Notes under the pieces: generated by a model
What the model was told of the DNA's origin: nothing
What the model saw: only the letters and a program-made list of their open reading frames with translations
The model's database searches: none
Position numbers and translations under genes: made by a program
In this document: piece by piece, positions 26,890-36,635 of the stretch
How positions within the stretch are numbered: the first letter of the stretch is position 1
Layout of the letters: the number at the start of each line of letters is the position of its first letter
Assembly: GCA_965247095.1 (NCBI GenBank)
Contig: OZ251997.1
Coordinates: 160,001 to 224,000, forward strand
Direction: 5' to 3'
Length of the DNA stretch: 64,000 nucleotides
Source: Candidatus Multivorans sp.
Lineage (GTDB): Bacteria; Acidobacteriota; Thermoanaerobaculia; Multivoradales; Multivoraceae

Positions 26890-28280
26890 AGCGACGCCTT
26901 GCACGCCCCTTGACCATCGCGTTCGGCCTGCTCGCCGTTTCGGCGATTCCCGCGTTCGCGCAGAACTCCGACTTCGATCAGGGCCGGGTACTCGACGGTC
27001 CCGGCCATGTGCTGCCGCACCGGGACCGGGTCGCGCCGTTCAACCGCATGCTCGAGGAGCGGCTGGAGACGCTGCTGCCGCGGCTGATGCGGGAGACCGG
27101 GATCGACATGTGGTTGGTGATCAACCGCGAGTACAACGAGGATCCCGTGTTCTTCAGCCTGGTGCCGCGACCGGTGTTCGCGGCCCGCCGCACAACGATG
27201 CTGGTGTTCTTCGACCGCGGGCCGGACAACGGCGGCGTCGAACTGCTGACCGTGAACCGCTACCCCTACGGCGCCCTGTACGAATCGGCCTGGGAGGGCG
27301 GCGACCTGGACGAGCAGTGGCAGGGGTTGGGCGAAGTCATCGCCGAGCGCGACCCGAAGCGGATCGGCGTCAACGTGTCGCGCCACTGGCCGGTGGCGGA
27401 CGGTCTTTCGGCGGCGCTTCATGAACGGCTGCTCGAGGTCCTGTCGCCGGAACTGAAGCAGCGGGTGACGAGCGCTGAGGAACTCGTCGTGCGCTGGATC
27501 GAGACCCGCAGCCCGCTTCAGATGGAGGCGTATCCCCAGATCGTGTCCCTGGCGCGGGGCGTGATCGCGGAGGCGTTCTCCGAGCGGGTGATCACCCCGG
27601 GCGCGACGACCACCGACGACGTGGTCTGGTACATCGCCCAGCGCTTCGAGGATCTCGGCCTCGACATCTGGTTCCTGCCCTCCGTGAACGCGCAGCGCCG
27701 GGCGTCGGATGAGGGCAGCGGCTGCGGCGCCGATGAGCCCTTCTGCGGGGGCGACGGCGACTTCGTCATTCGCCGTGGCGACGTGCTGCACACGGATGTC
27801 GGCATCTGCTACATCGGGCTCTGCACCGACACCCAGGAGATGGGCTACGTGCTTCGGCTCGGCGAGAGCGAGGCGCCGGGGGAGCTCAAGGGCGCCCTGG
27901 CCGCCGGCAACCGCTGGCAGGACATCCTGACCGGCGAGTACCGAACCGGCCGCACCGGCAACGAGATCCTGGCCGCGACGATCGCGCTCGCCACCGACGA
28001 GGGGCTGCGTTCCAGCACCTACACCCATCCGCTCGGGGTGTTCGGCCACGCGCCGGGACCGACGATCGGCATGTGGGACAACCAGGGAGCGACGCCGGTG
28101 CGCGGGGACTGGCCGCTCTACCCGGACACCGCGTATGCGATCGAGGGCAACGTGAAGGTCGAACTCGAGATGTGGAACGGCCAGGACGTGCAGATCAAGC
28201 TCGAGCAGAGCGCGGTCTACGACGGTGAAAAGGTGCACTACCTCGCCGGCCGGCAGACCGAGTGGCACCTGGTTCGCTGA
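26886..28280 (+). CDS. Secreted M24-family (Xaa-Pro) metallopeptidase
   Basis: Signal peptide AFAQ; metal ligands HTD, TDTQ, YTHP, AIE and LEQ. Confidence 0.85.
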   Translation: MKRRLARPLTIAFGLLAVSAIPAFAQNSDFDQGRVLDGPGHVLPHRDRVAPFNRMLEERLETLLPRLMRETGIDMWLVINREYNEDPVFFSLVPRPVFAARRTTMLVFFDRGPDNGGVELLTVNRYPYGALYESAWEGGDLDEQWQGLGEVIAERDPKRIGVNVSRHWPVADGLSAALHERLLEVLSPELKQRVTSAEELVVRWIETRSPLQMEAYPQIVSLARGVIAEAFSERVITPGATTTDDVVWYIAQRFEDLGLDIWFLPSVNAQRRASDEGSGCGADEPFCGGDGDFVIRRGDVLHTDVGICYIGLCTDTQEMGYVLRLGESEAPGELKGALAAGNRWQDILTGEYRTGRTGNEILAATIALATDEGLRSSTYTHPLGVFGHAPGPTIGMWDNQGATPVRGDWPLYPDTAYAIEGNVKVELEMWNGQDVQIKLEQSAVYDGEKVHYLAGRQTEWHLVR

Positions 28281-28286
28281 CGCCGA

Positions 28287-28577
28287 TCAGAAGACCGCGG
28301 CCAGCAGCGTGAAGCCGGCCCAGACTGCGGCCACCAGCCCGGCGACAACGAGCAGCACGGCGCCGACGGCGAGCGCGACCGGCAGCGCGATGATCGCGAT
28401 CGGAATCAGGATCGCGGCGAGCAGCGCCCCGGCGACGTAGCCGACGATCTTGAAGGGCAGAAGAGCGAGCTTGAATACAACCTTGAGTACGGCGAGGACG
28501 GCCGCGAAGACGGCGAGCACGGCGAGGCCGATGGCCCCGATGGTCAGGATGGTCAGGATTTCCATGTCGAGTTGCAC
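28287..28577 (-). CDS. Small hydrophobic membrane protein
   Basis: Almost entirely hydrophobic 96 aa with AGGAGG upstream. Confidence 0.65.
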   Translation of the reverse strand: MQLDMEILTILTIGAIGLAVLAVFAAVLAVLKVVFKLALLPFKIVGYVAGALLAAILIPIAIIALPVALAVGAVLLVVAGLVAAVWAGFTLLAAVF

Positions 28578-28663
28578 TCCTCCTGCCTCAGCACTACGAG
28601 GTTGAGGCGTCGAGGTTTCGCGGCACGCTACACTCCCCGGATTCCCAGCAGGAGGTGCGCACG

Positions 28664-29680
28664 ATGAAGATGGACCGCAGACGTTTTCTGCAAACCGGCG
28701 CCGTCCTGGGCGCCGCGGCCGCCACGGCCTGCATGGACGGCGCTGGTCCGGACGCGGAGAGCGCCGCAGCCGATGCCGCAGCCGCCGACGCCGGCCCTCT
28801 GTACCGCATCTCCCTGGCCGAGTGGTCCTATTACCGCGAGCTGTTCGGCCCGGGCCTGAGCGCGTTGGCCGACGGCTCCTTCCGGGACGACCCGAGCGTG
28901 CTCTACCAGGGCGAACTCGATCACCTGGACTTCCCGGCGCGCGCCCGCAGCCATGGCATCGAGGCAGTCGAGTACGTGAACACCTTCTTCTTCGATCGTG
29001 CCCGCGACCAGGAGTACCTGGCTGAACTCAAGTCGCGTTGCGACGGCGAAGGCGTGACCAGCCTGCTGATCATGTGCGACGCGGAGGGCGACATCGGCGC
29101 TCCGGATGCCGCAACGCGGGCGCAGTCGGTCGAGAACCACCACAAGTGGGTCGAAGCGGCGGCTTTCCTGGGCTGCCACGCGGTGCGCGTCAACGCCGCC
29201 AGCGCGGGCTCCTTCGAGGAACAGCAGAAGCTGGCTGCGGACGGGCTGCGCCAGTTGTGCGAATACGCAGACGGCCACGACGTGGACGTCCTGGTGGAGA
29301 ATCACGGCTATCTCTCCAGCAACGGCGAATGGCTCGCCGGCACGATCGCGATGGTCGACCATCCGCGCGCCGGCACGCTGCCCGACTTCGGCAACTTCAA
29401 GACGTCCTACGAGCCCGAAGAGTGGTACGACAGATACCAGGGAGTGACCGAGCTCATGCCCTACGCCCGCGCCGTCAGCGCGAAGAGCTACGACTTCAAC
29501 GAGGCCGGCAACGAGACGACGATCGACTACGAGCAGATGATGCGGATCGTGCTCGACGCGGGCTACCGCGGCTGGGTCGGCATCGAGTTCGAGGGCCGCA
29601 TGGCCGCCGACGAGGGCATCGTGAAGACCAGGGAACTGCTCGAGCGCCTGCGCGACGAGCTCGCGCCCGAGTACGGCTGA
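28664..29680 (+). CDS. Tat-exported sugar phosphate isomerase/epimerase (xylose isomerase-like TIM barrel)
   Basis: DRRRFL leader with a Cys lipobox-like site; VENHG, LPDFGNF and GIEFEG motifs. Confidence 0.88.
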   Translation: MKMDRRRFLQTGAVLGAAAATACMDGAGPDAESAAADAAAADAGPLYRISLAEWSYYRELFGPGLSALADGSFRDDPSVLYQGELDHLDFPARARSHGIEAVEYVNTFFFDRARDQEYLAELKSRCDGEGVTSLLIMCDAEGDIGAPDAATRAQSVENHHKWVEAAAFLGCHAVRVNAASAGSFEEQQKLAADGLRQLCEYADGHDVDVLVENHGYLSSNGEWLAGTIAMVDHPRAGTLPDFGNFKTSYEPEEWYDRYQGVTELMPYARAVSAKSYDFNEAGNETTIDYEQMMRIVLDAGYRGWVGIEFEGRMAADEGIVKTRELLERLRDELAPEYG

Positions 29681-29688
29681 ACTGCGCT

Positions 29689-29789
29689 CCTGGGAACCCG
29701 GGTGGCGCGATCCGCGCCACCCGTGAACCACTCCCTGCGCCCGTCATCGGGCGCAGGGATGGAACGCGGGCGTCTCGCCCGCATCCGGC
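29689..29789. repeat. Composite three-hairpin REP-like element
   Basis: Reverse complement of 55056-55156 with compensatory changes in the stems. Confidence 0.85.
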
Positions 29790-31252
29790 TCTCCGCGCCG
29801 GCTTGCCTGCCCCGGTAACCGCACGCTGGCGCCGGCGCGCGCACCCGACGCCGGACCACCCTCCGCCTCGAACACCCGCCCCGGGTTGAGGATGCCCTTC
29901 GGGTCGAGCGTCCTCTTGAGCGCCTTCATGAGCTCGATCTCCTCGGCGGAACGGCTGCGCCCGAGATGCGCGCGCTTCTCGAAGCCGATCCCGTGCTCCG
30001 CCGACACCGAACCACCGATCGGATCGAGGTGCCCGTAGACGATCTCCTCGACCGCGCCGCGCGCCTCCGGGGAACCGTCGCCGACAGAGGCGACGACGTG
30101 CAGGTTGCCGTCGCCGAGGTGGCCGAAGACGACGCACTGGCTGTCCGGCCACCTGTCCGTCAACGCGGCCTTGATGTCGGCGACGTAGCTCTCCATGTCG
30201 GCGATGCGCAGGCCCACGTCGAACGTGAAGATGGGGGCCAGGTGGTTGAGCTGCTCGACATCGTCGCGTAGCGCCCAGATCTCGTCCCGCTCCGCCTTTG
30301 ACTTGCCGAGCACGGCGTCGCCGATCAGGCCGGCCTCCATGCAGTCGCCGAGCGCCTGCTCGAACTGCACGGCGTCCTCCTCCGGGCGTGTTCCGAGCGA
30401 TTCGACCAGCACGTAGAGGGGATCGCCGTGCGGGATCGGCGGCGCCGTCTTCGCCTGCGGCCCGGTGACCAGCTCGTAGAACTCGCGCCACATGACCTCG
30501 AAGGCGCTCATCGAGCCGCCGATCTCCTCCTCCAGCTTGCGAAGAAGTCCGGTGACCTCGGTGAAACCGGGAACGGCGAGCAGGGCGCAGTTGTGGCTCC
30601 TCGGACGCCGCTCGAGGCGCAGCACGACCCGGGTGACGACGCCCAGCGTGCCCTCGGAGCCAACGAACAGGTGCTTCAGGTCGTAGCCGGCGTTGTTCTT
30701 GACCATCTTGTTCAGGTTCGAGAGCACCGTACCGTCGGCCAGAACGGCTTCCAGGCCGAGCACGGAGTCGCGGGTCATGCCGTAGCGGATCACGCGATTG
30801 CCGCCGGCGTTGGTCGCCACGTTGCCGCCGATCGTGCACGACCCGCGGGCGCCGAGGTCGAGCGGGAATAGCAGATCCTCGGCCTCCGCTGCTTCCTGGA
30901 TCTTCTGTAGGGCCGCGCCGGCCTGAACGGTCATCGTCCGCCCCACCGGGTCGATCTCCTCGATCGCGGTCATCCGTTCGAGAGTGATCGCAATCTCCAG
31001 GTCGCCAGCGACACCGCCTCCGACGAGTCCTGTGAGCCCGCCCTGCGGGACGACCGGTTGGCCGGCCCGGTGGCAGGCCGCCAGCGCGGCCGAGAGCTGC
31101 TCTGTCGTCCGCGGCCGGAGCACTGCCCGCGCGGCGCACGGCACCGTGCCGGAGCCGTCGCCGGCGCGCGCCGTGACCGCGTCGCCGGTGAGGACGACGT
31201 CCTCGCCGAGGGCGGCCCGCAGGTCGGAGATCAGTGCGTTACTGTCGGTCAT
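29744..31252 (-). CDS. FAD-linked oxidoreductase (D-2-hydroxyacid dehydrogenase / GlcD-like)
   Basis: PQGGLTGLVGG, IGGNVATNAGG, GSEGTLG, GHLGDGNLH and SAEHGIG motifs. Confidence 0.92.
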   Translation of the reverse strand: MTDSNALISDLRAALGEDVVLTGDAVTARAGDGSGTVPCAARAVLRPRTTEQLSAALAACHRAGQPVVPQGGLTGLVGGGVAGDLEIAITLERMTAIEEIDPVGRTMTVQAGAALQKIQEAAEAEDLLFPLDLGARGSCTIGGNVATNAGGNRVIRYGMTRDSVLGLEAVLADGTVLSNLNKMVKNNAGYDLKHLFVGSEGTLGVVTRVVLRLERRPRSHNCALLAVPGFTEVTGLLRKLEEEIGGSMSAFEVMWREFYELVTGPQAKTAPPIPHGDPLYVLVESLGTRPEEDAVQFEQALGDCMEAGLIGDAVLGKSKAERDEIWALRDDVEQLNHLAPIFTFDVGLRIADMESYVADIKAALTDRWPDSQCVVFGHLGDGNLHVVASVGDGSPEARGAVEEIVYGHLDPIGGSVSAEHGIGFEKRAHLGRSRSAEEIELMKALKRTLDPKGILNPGRVFEAEGGPASGARAGASVRLPGQASRRGEPDAGETPAFHPCAR

Positions 31253-31789
31253 GCCAGCTCGGATGTCCGTTGGTTGGATCAGTGGAGGCGACGGCGGATC
31301 ATACCGATCTGACCGTGACTCTGGCCGTGACTCTGGCTGCGACTCTGGCTGACTCATCAGCCGCCGAACCCGGGTGTACGTCCTGACGAGCGAGTTGGTG
31401 CAGGTCTTGAAGGCGTCGGACTTCGGGCAGTGGGCGCGCCCCAAAACCACCGCCAGCACACCGCCTGCCCATGCCGCGTGCTAGATTTGCCGTACGCGTA
31501 CCGCCGGGGGGTGTGGGCCAACCAACATCCAGCGCCTGTTCCGCGAGTCGGCTACCCCCGGGAGGAGGCGGGAGAACCATCCCCGGTCTACCGCCGGCGG
31601 AGCGCGCCGTCAACGGCTCTCGTTGGGTTGACCCACAGCAGTTCGCCTAGCCGGAAAGTGCGCGCCGCCGCGCATGCACTCCTCTAGCGGGCACCGCGAG
31701 GTGACGCGGCCGCTCGGTTTCGCATGCCAAGTTATTGGTCGCCTCTTCGACGAACCAGATAGTCCTCGCTTGCGCATGCCGGCCGTCCA

Positions 31790-32188
31790 CTACTGCAACG
31801 TGTCCACGAGCGCCGCCTCGATGATTCTCCGGTCCTGCGTCAGCAGCGTCGCGCCAAGCACTCGGGCCGTCGCCACCAGAATCCGGTCTGCGGGATCGCG
31901 GTGAAAGGAATCAGGAAGCGCAGCGACATGTTCGGCGATTGCAGGAGAGATGCTGTGCCGGCGTACGAGCGGCGGCGCTACCGCCTTGTCGAGCCACTCG
32001 CGCAGGGGCAACGAAAGGCGTACTCGGCCCAGGCTGTAGAGGGTTGCAATCTCCCAGAGGGAGATGTCGGACACGAGGAGTGGGGACTGGGGGTCAACTG
32101 CCGCAATGGCCTTCTGTTGGGCTGGCGAGAGTCGGCCGAAGTCGTTGAGCCACCAGATCAGTACGTGGGTGTCGAGCAGTAGCGTCAA
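31790..32188 (-). CDS. vapC: VapC PIN-domain toxin
   Basis: LLDTHVLIW, SLWEI and HRDPADR motifs. Confidence 0.92.
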   Translation of the reverse strand: MTLLLDTHVLIWWLNDFGRLSPAQQKAIAAVDPQSPLLVSDISLWEIATLYSLGRVRLSLPLREWLDKAVAPPLVRRHSISPAIAEHVAALPDSFHRDPADRILVATARVLGATLLTQDRRIIEAALVDTLQ

Positions 32189-32424
32189 CGGCGCGTGCTC
32201 TCCCAGTGGTCTGGGGGCACTGCCGGCGCCACGATGTCGCCGACCTCGGTGACCGTGCCCTTCAGCTCATACTGCGGGTACGCAGCGCCGGAGCGAACCG
32301 CGGGAGAGAGCTCGGCGACCGGCCGACCGCGCTTCAGGATCACCACGGGTTCACCAGTTGCGGCTACGCGATCGAGGATCGCCAGGCAGCGGGCCTTGAA
32401 ATCGGTGGCGTTGATCGTTTCCAT
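32185..32424 (-). CDS. Phd/YefM-family antitoxin
   Basis: INATDFKARCLAILDRV..ILKRGRPVAEL; overlaps the toxin start. Confidence 0.9.
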   Translation of the reverse strand: METINATDFKARCLAILDRVAATGEPVVILKRGRPVAELSPAVRSGAAYPQYELKGTVTEVGDIVAPAVPPDHWESTRR

Positions 32425-32473
32425 CTGACCAGTCTTCAGGACCGGTCCACAGATGTCAAGCCGTTCGAGACCC

Positions 32474-33352
32474 TCACCCCGCGACGCTGTGCTCCCGCTC
32501 GCGCAGCCGGATCAGGCACTCCTGGGTGGCCGAGGCCACCAGCTCGCCCTGCCGGTTGAAGACGTGACCGCGGACGAAACCGCGGCCGCGGGCGGCGACC
32601 GGGCTTTCCTTGCTGAACAGGAGCCACTCGTCGGCGCGGAACGGGCGGTGGAACCAGAGCGCGTGATCGAGGCTCGCGCCCTGGATTCGGTATCCCTTCA
32701 TCGAGGGGCCATGTGGTTGCATCGATACGGCCATGAAGTCCAGGTCCGACATGTAGGCGAAGAAGGAGACATGGATGATGCGGTCGTCGGGCAGCGGCTC
32801 CCGGCAGCGCAGCCACGTGTTCTTGCGCGGCTCGGTGGCCGGGCGGTCGCCGCGCGGCAGCATCTGGATTCCCTCGACCTGGCGGCTGTCGATCACGTCG
32901 AAGCGGTGGGCGAACCGCCGGTAGGAGGGGTCGTCCTTTGCCATCTTTCGGTAGATGTCGCCGTCGGAGGCCAGCTCGTCGGGCGGCGGCACGTCGGGCA
33001 TTTCGGACTGGTGCTGCAGACCGCCCTCCTCGATCTGGAAGGACGACGACATGTTGAAGATCGCCTGTCCGTGCTGGATGCCGACGACACGGCGGGTGGT
33101 GAAGCTCTTGCCGTCCCGGATGCGATCGACATCGAACAGGATCGGCCGCTCCGGGTCGCCGCGGCGCAGGAAGTAGGCGTGGATCGAGTGCAGGTGGCGG
33201 TTCTCGACCGTCTTCGAGGCGGCGACGATCGCCTGCCCTAGCACCTGGCCGCCGAAGACGTGGTTGCCCGGTCCGTTCTGCGCCCGGAACAGGTTCTCCT
33301 CGATCTGTTCCATCTGCAGCAGGTCGATCATCTCCTGGACTGCGCCGTTCAT
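32474..33352 (-). CDS. tesB: Acyl-CoA thioesterase II
   Basis: VFGGQVLGQA, IRDGKSFTTRRV, AYMSD and SLDHALWFH motifs. Confidence 0.92.
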   Translation of the reverse strand: MNGAVQEMIDLLQMEQIEENLFRAQNGPGNHVFGGQVLGQAIVAASKTVENRHLHSIHAYFLRRGDPERPILFDVDRIRDGKSFTTRRVVGIQHGQAIFNMSSSFQIEEGGLQHQSEMPDVPPPDELASDGDIYRKMAKDDPSYRRFAHRFDVIDSRQVEGIQMLPRGDRPATEPRKNTWLRCREPLPDDRIIHVSFFAYMSDLDFMAVSMQPHGPSMKGYRIQGASLDHALWFHRPFRADEWLLFSKESPVAARGRGFVRGHVFNRQGELVASATQECLIRLREREHSVAG

Positions 33353-33410
33353 GGGAGGGGGATGGTAGCCGCTGCGCGCGCGCTGCGGGAGGCCGGCGGC
33401 AGGGCGGCAA

Positions 33411-33941
33411 TCAGAGCGTCCGGTGCAGCCAGGCGAGCAGATCGTCGAGGTCGGTGAGCACGAGCGCGCCGGCTCCGGCCGCGGCCGTCGACTGTTCGCT
33501 GTCGCCGGGCGGACGGTCGTAGAGTGCCAGCGGCCGGCCGTAGCGCAGCGCCAGCGCGATCTCGCTTCGGGTGCCGGCGCTGCCGGGGAGGGCGACCACG
33601 GCGTCGGCGGAGAGGACGTTGATGTGGTTGCGCGAGTCGGGTCCCGTTCCGGCCGCGCCGGAAAGCGGCAGGTGGGTCCGGATCGCCACCTCGACCCAGG
33701 GATTGGGGTAACCATCGGGCGAGCCGTTGCCGTCCTCCGCGCTCGGCACGACGCCGATGCACAGGCCGGCGCGGTCCGGCGTCTCGGCGAAGGCGCGGCT
33801 GGTTGCCGTCATCGTGCCCGCGCCGCCGCCGGTCAGCAGGTGCCAGCCGGCGCTCGCGATCGCGCGGCCGAGCGGAGCGGCCAGAGCCTCGTGACTGCTT
33901 ACGCCCGAACCCATCACGCCGACGATGGGCAGTCGGCTCAC
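33411..33941 (-). CDS. LOG / TIGR00725-like nucleotide-binding protein
   Basis: GVMGSG, LLTGGG, SRNHINV and LPGSAGTRSE motifs. Confidence 0.8.
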   Translation of the reverse strand: MSRLPIVGVMGSGVSSHEALAAPLGRAIASAGWHLLTGGGAGTMTATSRAFAETPDRAGLCIGVVPSAEDGNGSPDGYPNPWVEVAIRTHLPLSGAAGTGPDSRNHINVLSADAVVALPGSAGTRSEIALALRYGRPLALYDRPPGDSEQSTAAAGAGALVLTDLDDLLAWLHRTL

Positions 33942-35179
33942 TACTGCGACTTGCCGCGGGCGCTGATCGGCCACAGTTCCTCGACCCGGCCGTCGCGCAC
34001 GGGGTAGTAGACGTCGTACAGGTTGACCGTCGGGTCGCAGTGCGGGGTGACGCACCAGAGCCGGTCGCCGAGTTGCGGCGGCCGGGGTGCGTCGGCGATG
34101 CGCAACATGCCGTGTTCGTCGCCGCCCCAGCCGTACACCACACCCGCGAGGTCGGCGAGCTGCGGCCGGTCGGCGTCCGACGCGAACGCCTTGTAGCCGC
34201 CGTCCGTGGTGATCATCTCGGGCACCGGCTGGCTGATCGCGGTGACGACCACGAAGAGCGAAGTCTCGAAGTCGTCGAAGACCTCGCCGTCGCGGCTGCC
34301 GATCTGCCGGTACTGCTCGTCCATGAACAGGTAGGAGCCGACCTGAAGGTCGGTCATGCCGTCGACCGCCGAGTCGATGTCCCAGGTTCCCGTGCCGCCG
34401 CCGGTGAGTACGCTGAGCTCTATGCCGTCGTCCTCGATCAGCCGCTTCGTCTCGACCGCGGTTTCGAGCTCGGCCAGTGAACGGGCCTGCCGCTCGGCGT
34501 GGCCGTGGACGTGCATGAGGTGCCCGGCGTAGGCCTGGAGGCCCTGGAGCTCGAGGTGGCGCAGGCCGTCGATCGCCCGCGCCAGATCGAGCGCGGGCTC
34601 GCCCACCGCGATACCGGTGCGGCGCGTACCGACATCGAGGTCGATGAGCACCCGCTGGGTGACGGCCCCGGCCGCGGCCGCCTCGTTCAGCCGTTCCGCG
34701 GCCAGCTGGTTGTCGACCACCAGGGCGACATGGGAGCTCTTCTTCGAGAGGGCGACGACGCGACCGATCTTGTCGTCGGTCACCACGGGCGAGGTGATCA
34801 GGACCTCGTCGATGCCGGCTTCGACCATCACTTCCGCTTCGCTGACCTTGGCGCAGCAGACACCGACCGCTCCCATCTCCATCTGGCGGCGGGCCAGCAG
34901 GGGACACTTGTGGGTCTTGGTGTGGGGGCGAAGCGAGATGCCCTGCTCCTCGGCGTGGGCCGCCATCTTCGCCAGGTTCAGTTCCATCGTGGCGACGTCG
35001 ATGAGCAGCGCCGGCGTCGGGATGTCCTCGACCGCGAGGGGCTGATCGAGAGGAATCGGTTCGTGGCTCAAGGCGGGCGCCGGCGGGCCTCCCGTGAGGC
35101 CTGAACTGCAGGCGACGGACGCGCCGCCGGCCGCACCGACCGCCCCCAGGAAGGCGCGTCGCGTGGTGTGATCGGCCAC
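33941..35179 (-). CDS. Fold-type III PLP enzyme (D-threonine aldolase / DSD1 / BhcC-like) with a Tat leader
   Basis: LRPHTKTHK, GGGTGT, QVGSYLFMD, DEHG and HCDPTVN motifs; TRRAFL leader. Confidence 0.88.
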   Translation of the reverse strand: MADHTTRRAFLGAVGAAGGASVACSSGLTGGPPAPALSHEPIPLDQPLAVEDIPTPALLIDVATMELNLAKMAAHAEEQGISLRPHTKTHKCPLLARRQMEMGAVGVCCAKVSEAEVMVEAGIDEVLITSPVVTDDKIGRVVALSKKSSHVALVVDNQLAAERLNEAAAAGAVTQRVLIDLDVGTRRTGIAVGEPALDLARAIDGLRHLELQGLQAYAGHLMHVHGHAERQARSLAELETAVETKRLIEDDGIELSVLTGGGTGTWDIDSAVDGMTDLQVGSYLFMDEQYRQIGSRDGEVFDDFETSLFVVVTAISQPVPEMITTDGGYKAFASDADRPQLADLAGVVYGWGGDEHGMLRIADAPRPPQLGDRLWCVTPHCDPTVNLYDVYYPVRDGRVEELWPISARGKSQ

Positions 35180-35340
35180 TCTCTAGCTCCCTTGGTCATT
35201 CGCGGCTCGTCGCTACGGCCTTCAGGTCTCCGGGCACCGGCGCCTTCGGTAGGCCGGGCGCAGCATCGCTGGGACTATAGCCTCGGCAGGCTGTGGTGGA
35301 CCGTGGAACAGAACGTCAGTGGCGTGGAGTTACCGCAACA

Positions 35341-36510
35341 ATGCGAAGCGCCGCAGCCCTGATCCTGGTCGCGGCTGCCGCAACGGCCCTGCCGGCGCAG
35401 GAGCCACCGGCGCCGGACCGGACCTTCACGGACGAGATCGATGTCGCGGAGTCGTCGGTGGTCGTGGAACTGCCGCGGCTGGGCAAAGTGTCGCCGGAGG
35501 AGTTCGAGCCGGACGACTTCATCGTCGAGGTCGACGGGCGCCGCAGGCGCGTGGTGGGAGTCTCGGCGCTCGATCTGAAGGCCAACCCGCGGCCGGTGCT
35601 CGTTTACGTCGATGCCGTGCTCTCGAAGCCCGAGACGGTCCGCGTCGGCGCCGAGGCGCTGGCCCGGCAGGCGCGGCCGCTGACCGCGCTGGGCCCGGTC
35701 GAGATCGTGGTCGACGGAGGCGCGCCCGGCGGCGTGGAGCTGCGGCTCACGCCGTCGACGAAGCCGCGGGCGGTGGGGGCGGCGCTTCAACAGATCGCCG
35801 GAGAAGACCTCGGCCGGGATGCCTACTTCGAATCCCGGAACCGGCCCGCTGGTCTGCAAACCTACGTTGACGTGGTGCGCGGCTCGGCCGACCGCCTGCT
35901 GGCCGAGGCCCTGCCCCGCTGCGGCGATCCGCCGTGCTTCCTGTTCTGGCTCAGCGACGGCTTTCCCGTCGTGGACGAGGACGGCGAACGGGCCGCCGAC
36001 GACCTGGCGGCGGCCCTCTCGGCGCATGGCTGGATCGTGGTCGCCATGGCGCTCCACATCCCCACTCCCGATCCACACCTCGGCGTGCCCCAGCCGCTCA
36101 GCTTCGAGCAGTGGAAGGCGCTGACGCCGGGGGTCAAGATGGGGCCCTCCGGGGGCGAGATCAGCCGCCTCAAGGGCCTCTCCGCGAGCAGCTTCGACTT
36201 CTACGTCGAACCCCGGTACGAGCCATTGCGCCGGGCGGCGATCGCGTCCTGCGGCGCCGCGCTGCGGGTCGAGCATCAACTGGAGGCCGAGTTCGAGCGG
36301 CTGGAGCGCCGCCTGCTGCTGCGGTTCGCGTCAGCGGAGGAGGGCGGCGCACGGGAGGGACTGCGGCCGGCCTTTCTGCCGGTGGAGGTGCGGCTGGCGG
36401 AGGTGTCCCGGTTTGCCGATCGGCGTCGGTTCAAGAAGTGGCTCGGGCTCGTGCCGGCCGAGGAGCGGTTGCGGTATGGGCGGTGGGTGCGGGCCGGGGG
36501 GTCCGAGTGA
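35341..36510 (+). CDS. Secreted protein, possibly VWA-like
   Basis: Signal peptide LPAQ; DFIVEVDG and WLSDGFP resemble acidobacterial VWA proteins. Confidence 0.5.
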   Translation: MRSAAALILVAAAATALPAQEPPAPDRTFTDEIDVAESSVVVELPRLGKVSPEEFEPDDFIVEVDGRRRRVVGVSALDLKANPRPVLVYVDAVLSKPETVRVGAEALARQARPLTALGPVEIVVDGGAPGGVELRLTPSTKPRAVGAALQQIAGEDLGRDAYFESRNRPAGLQTYVDVVRGSADRLLAEALPRCGDPPCFLFWLSDGFPVVDEDGERAADDLAAALSAHGWIVVAMALHIPTPDPHLGVPQPLSFEQWKALTPGVKMGPSGGEISRLKGLSASSFDFYVEPRYEPLRRAAIASCGAALRVEHQLEAEFERLERRLLLRFASAEEGGAREGLRPAFLPVEVRLAEVSRFADRRRFKKWLGLVPAEERLRYGRWVRAGGSE

Positions 36511-36635
36511 CTTGCATGGAACAAGCCCTGTTCCCTGTGCGTCAGCGCGGCGCGGACGCCGCGACTCGACTTGCATCGAACAAGCCCTGTTCCCTGTGCG
36601 TCAGCGCGGCGCGGACGCCGCGACTCGACTCCTAG
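36511..36635. repeat. Tandem 2 x 59-bp repeat; third copy inverted at 58901-58966
   Basis: Unit CTTGCATsGAACAAGCCCTGTTCCCTGTGCGTCAGCGCGGCGCGGACGCCGCGACTCGA at 36511 and 36570. Confidence 0.9.

Noticed and set aside
31370-31470. tRNA-Sec-like sequence (CTTCAAG on the minus strand)
   Set aside because: No cloverleaf, T-loop or CCA end could be built
36511-36628. Possible CRISPR mini-array
   Set aside because: Units are head-to-tail with no spacer and are 59 bp long
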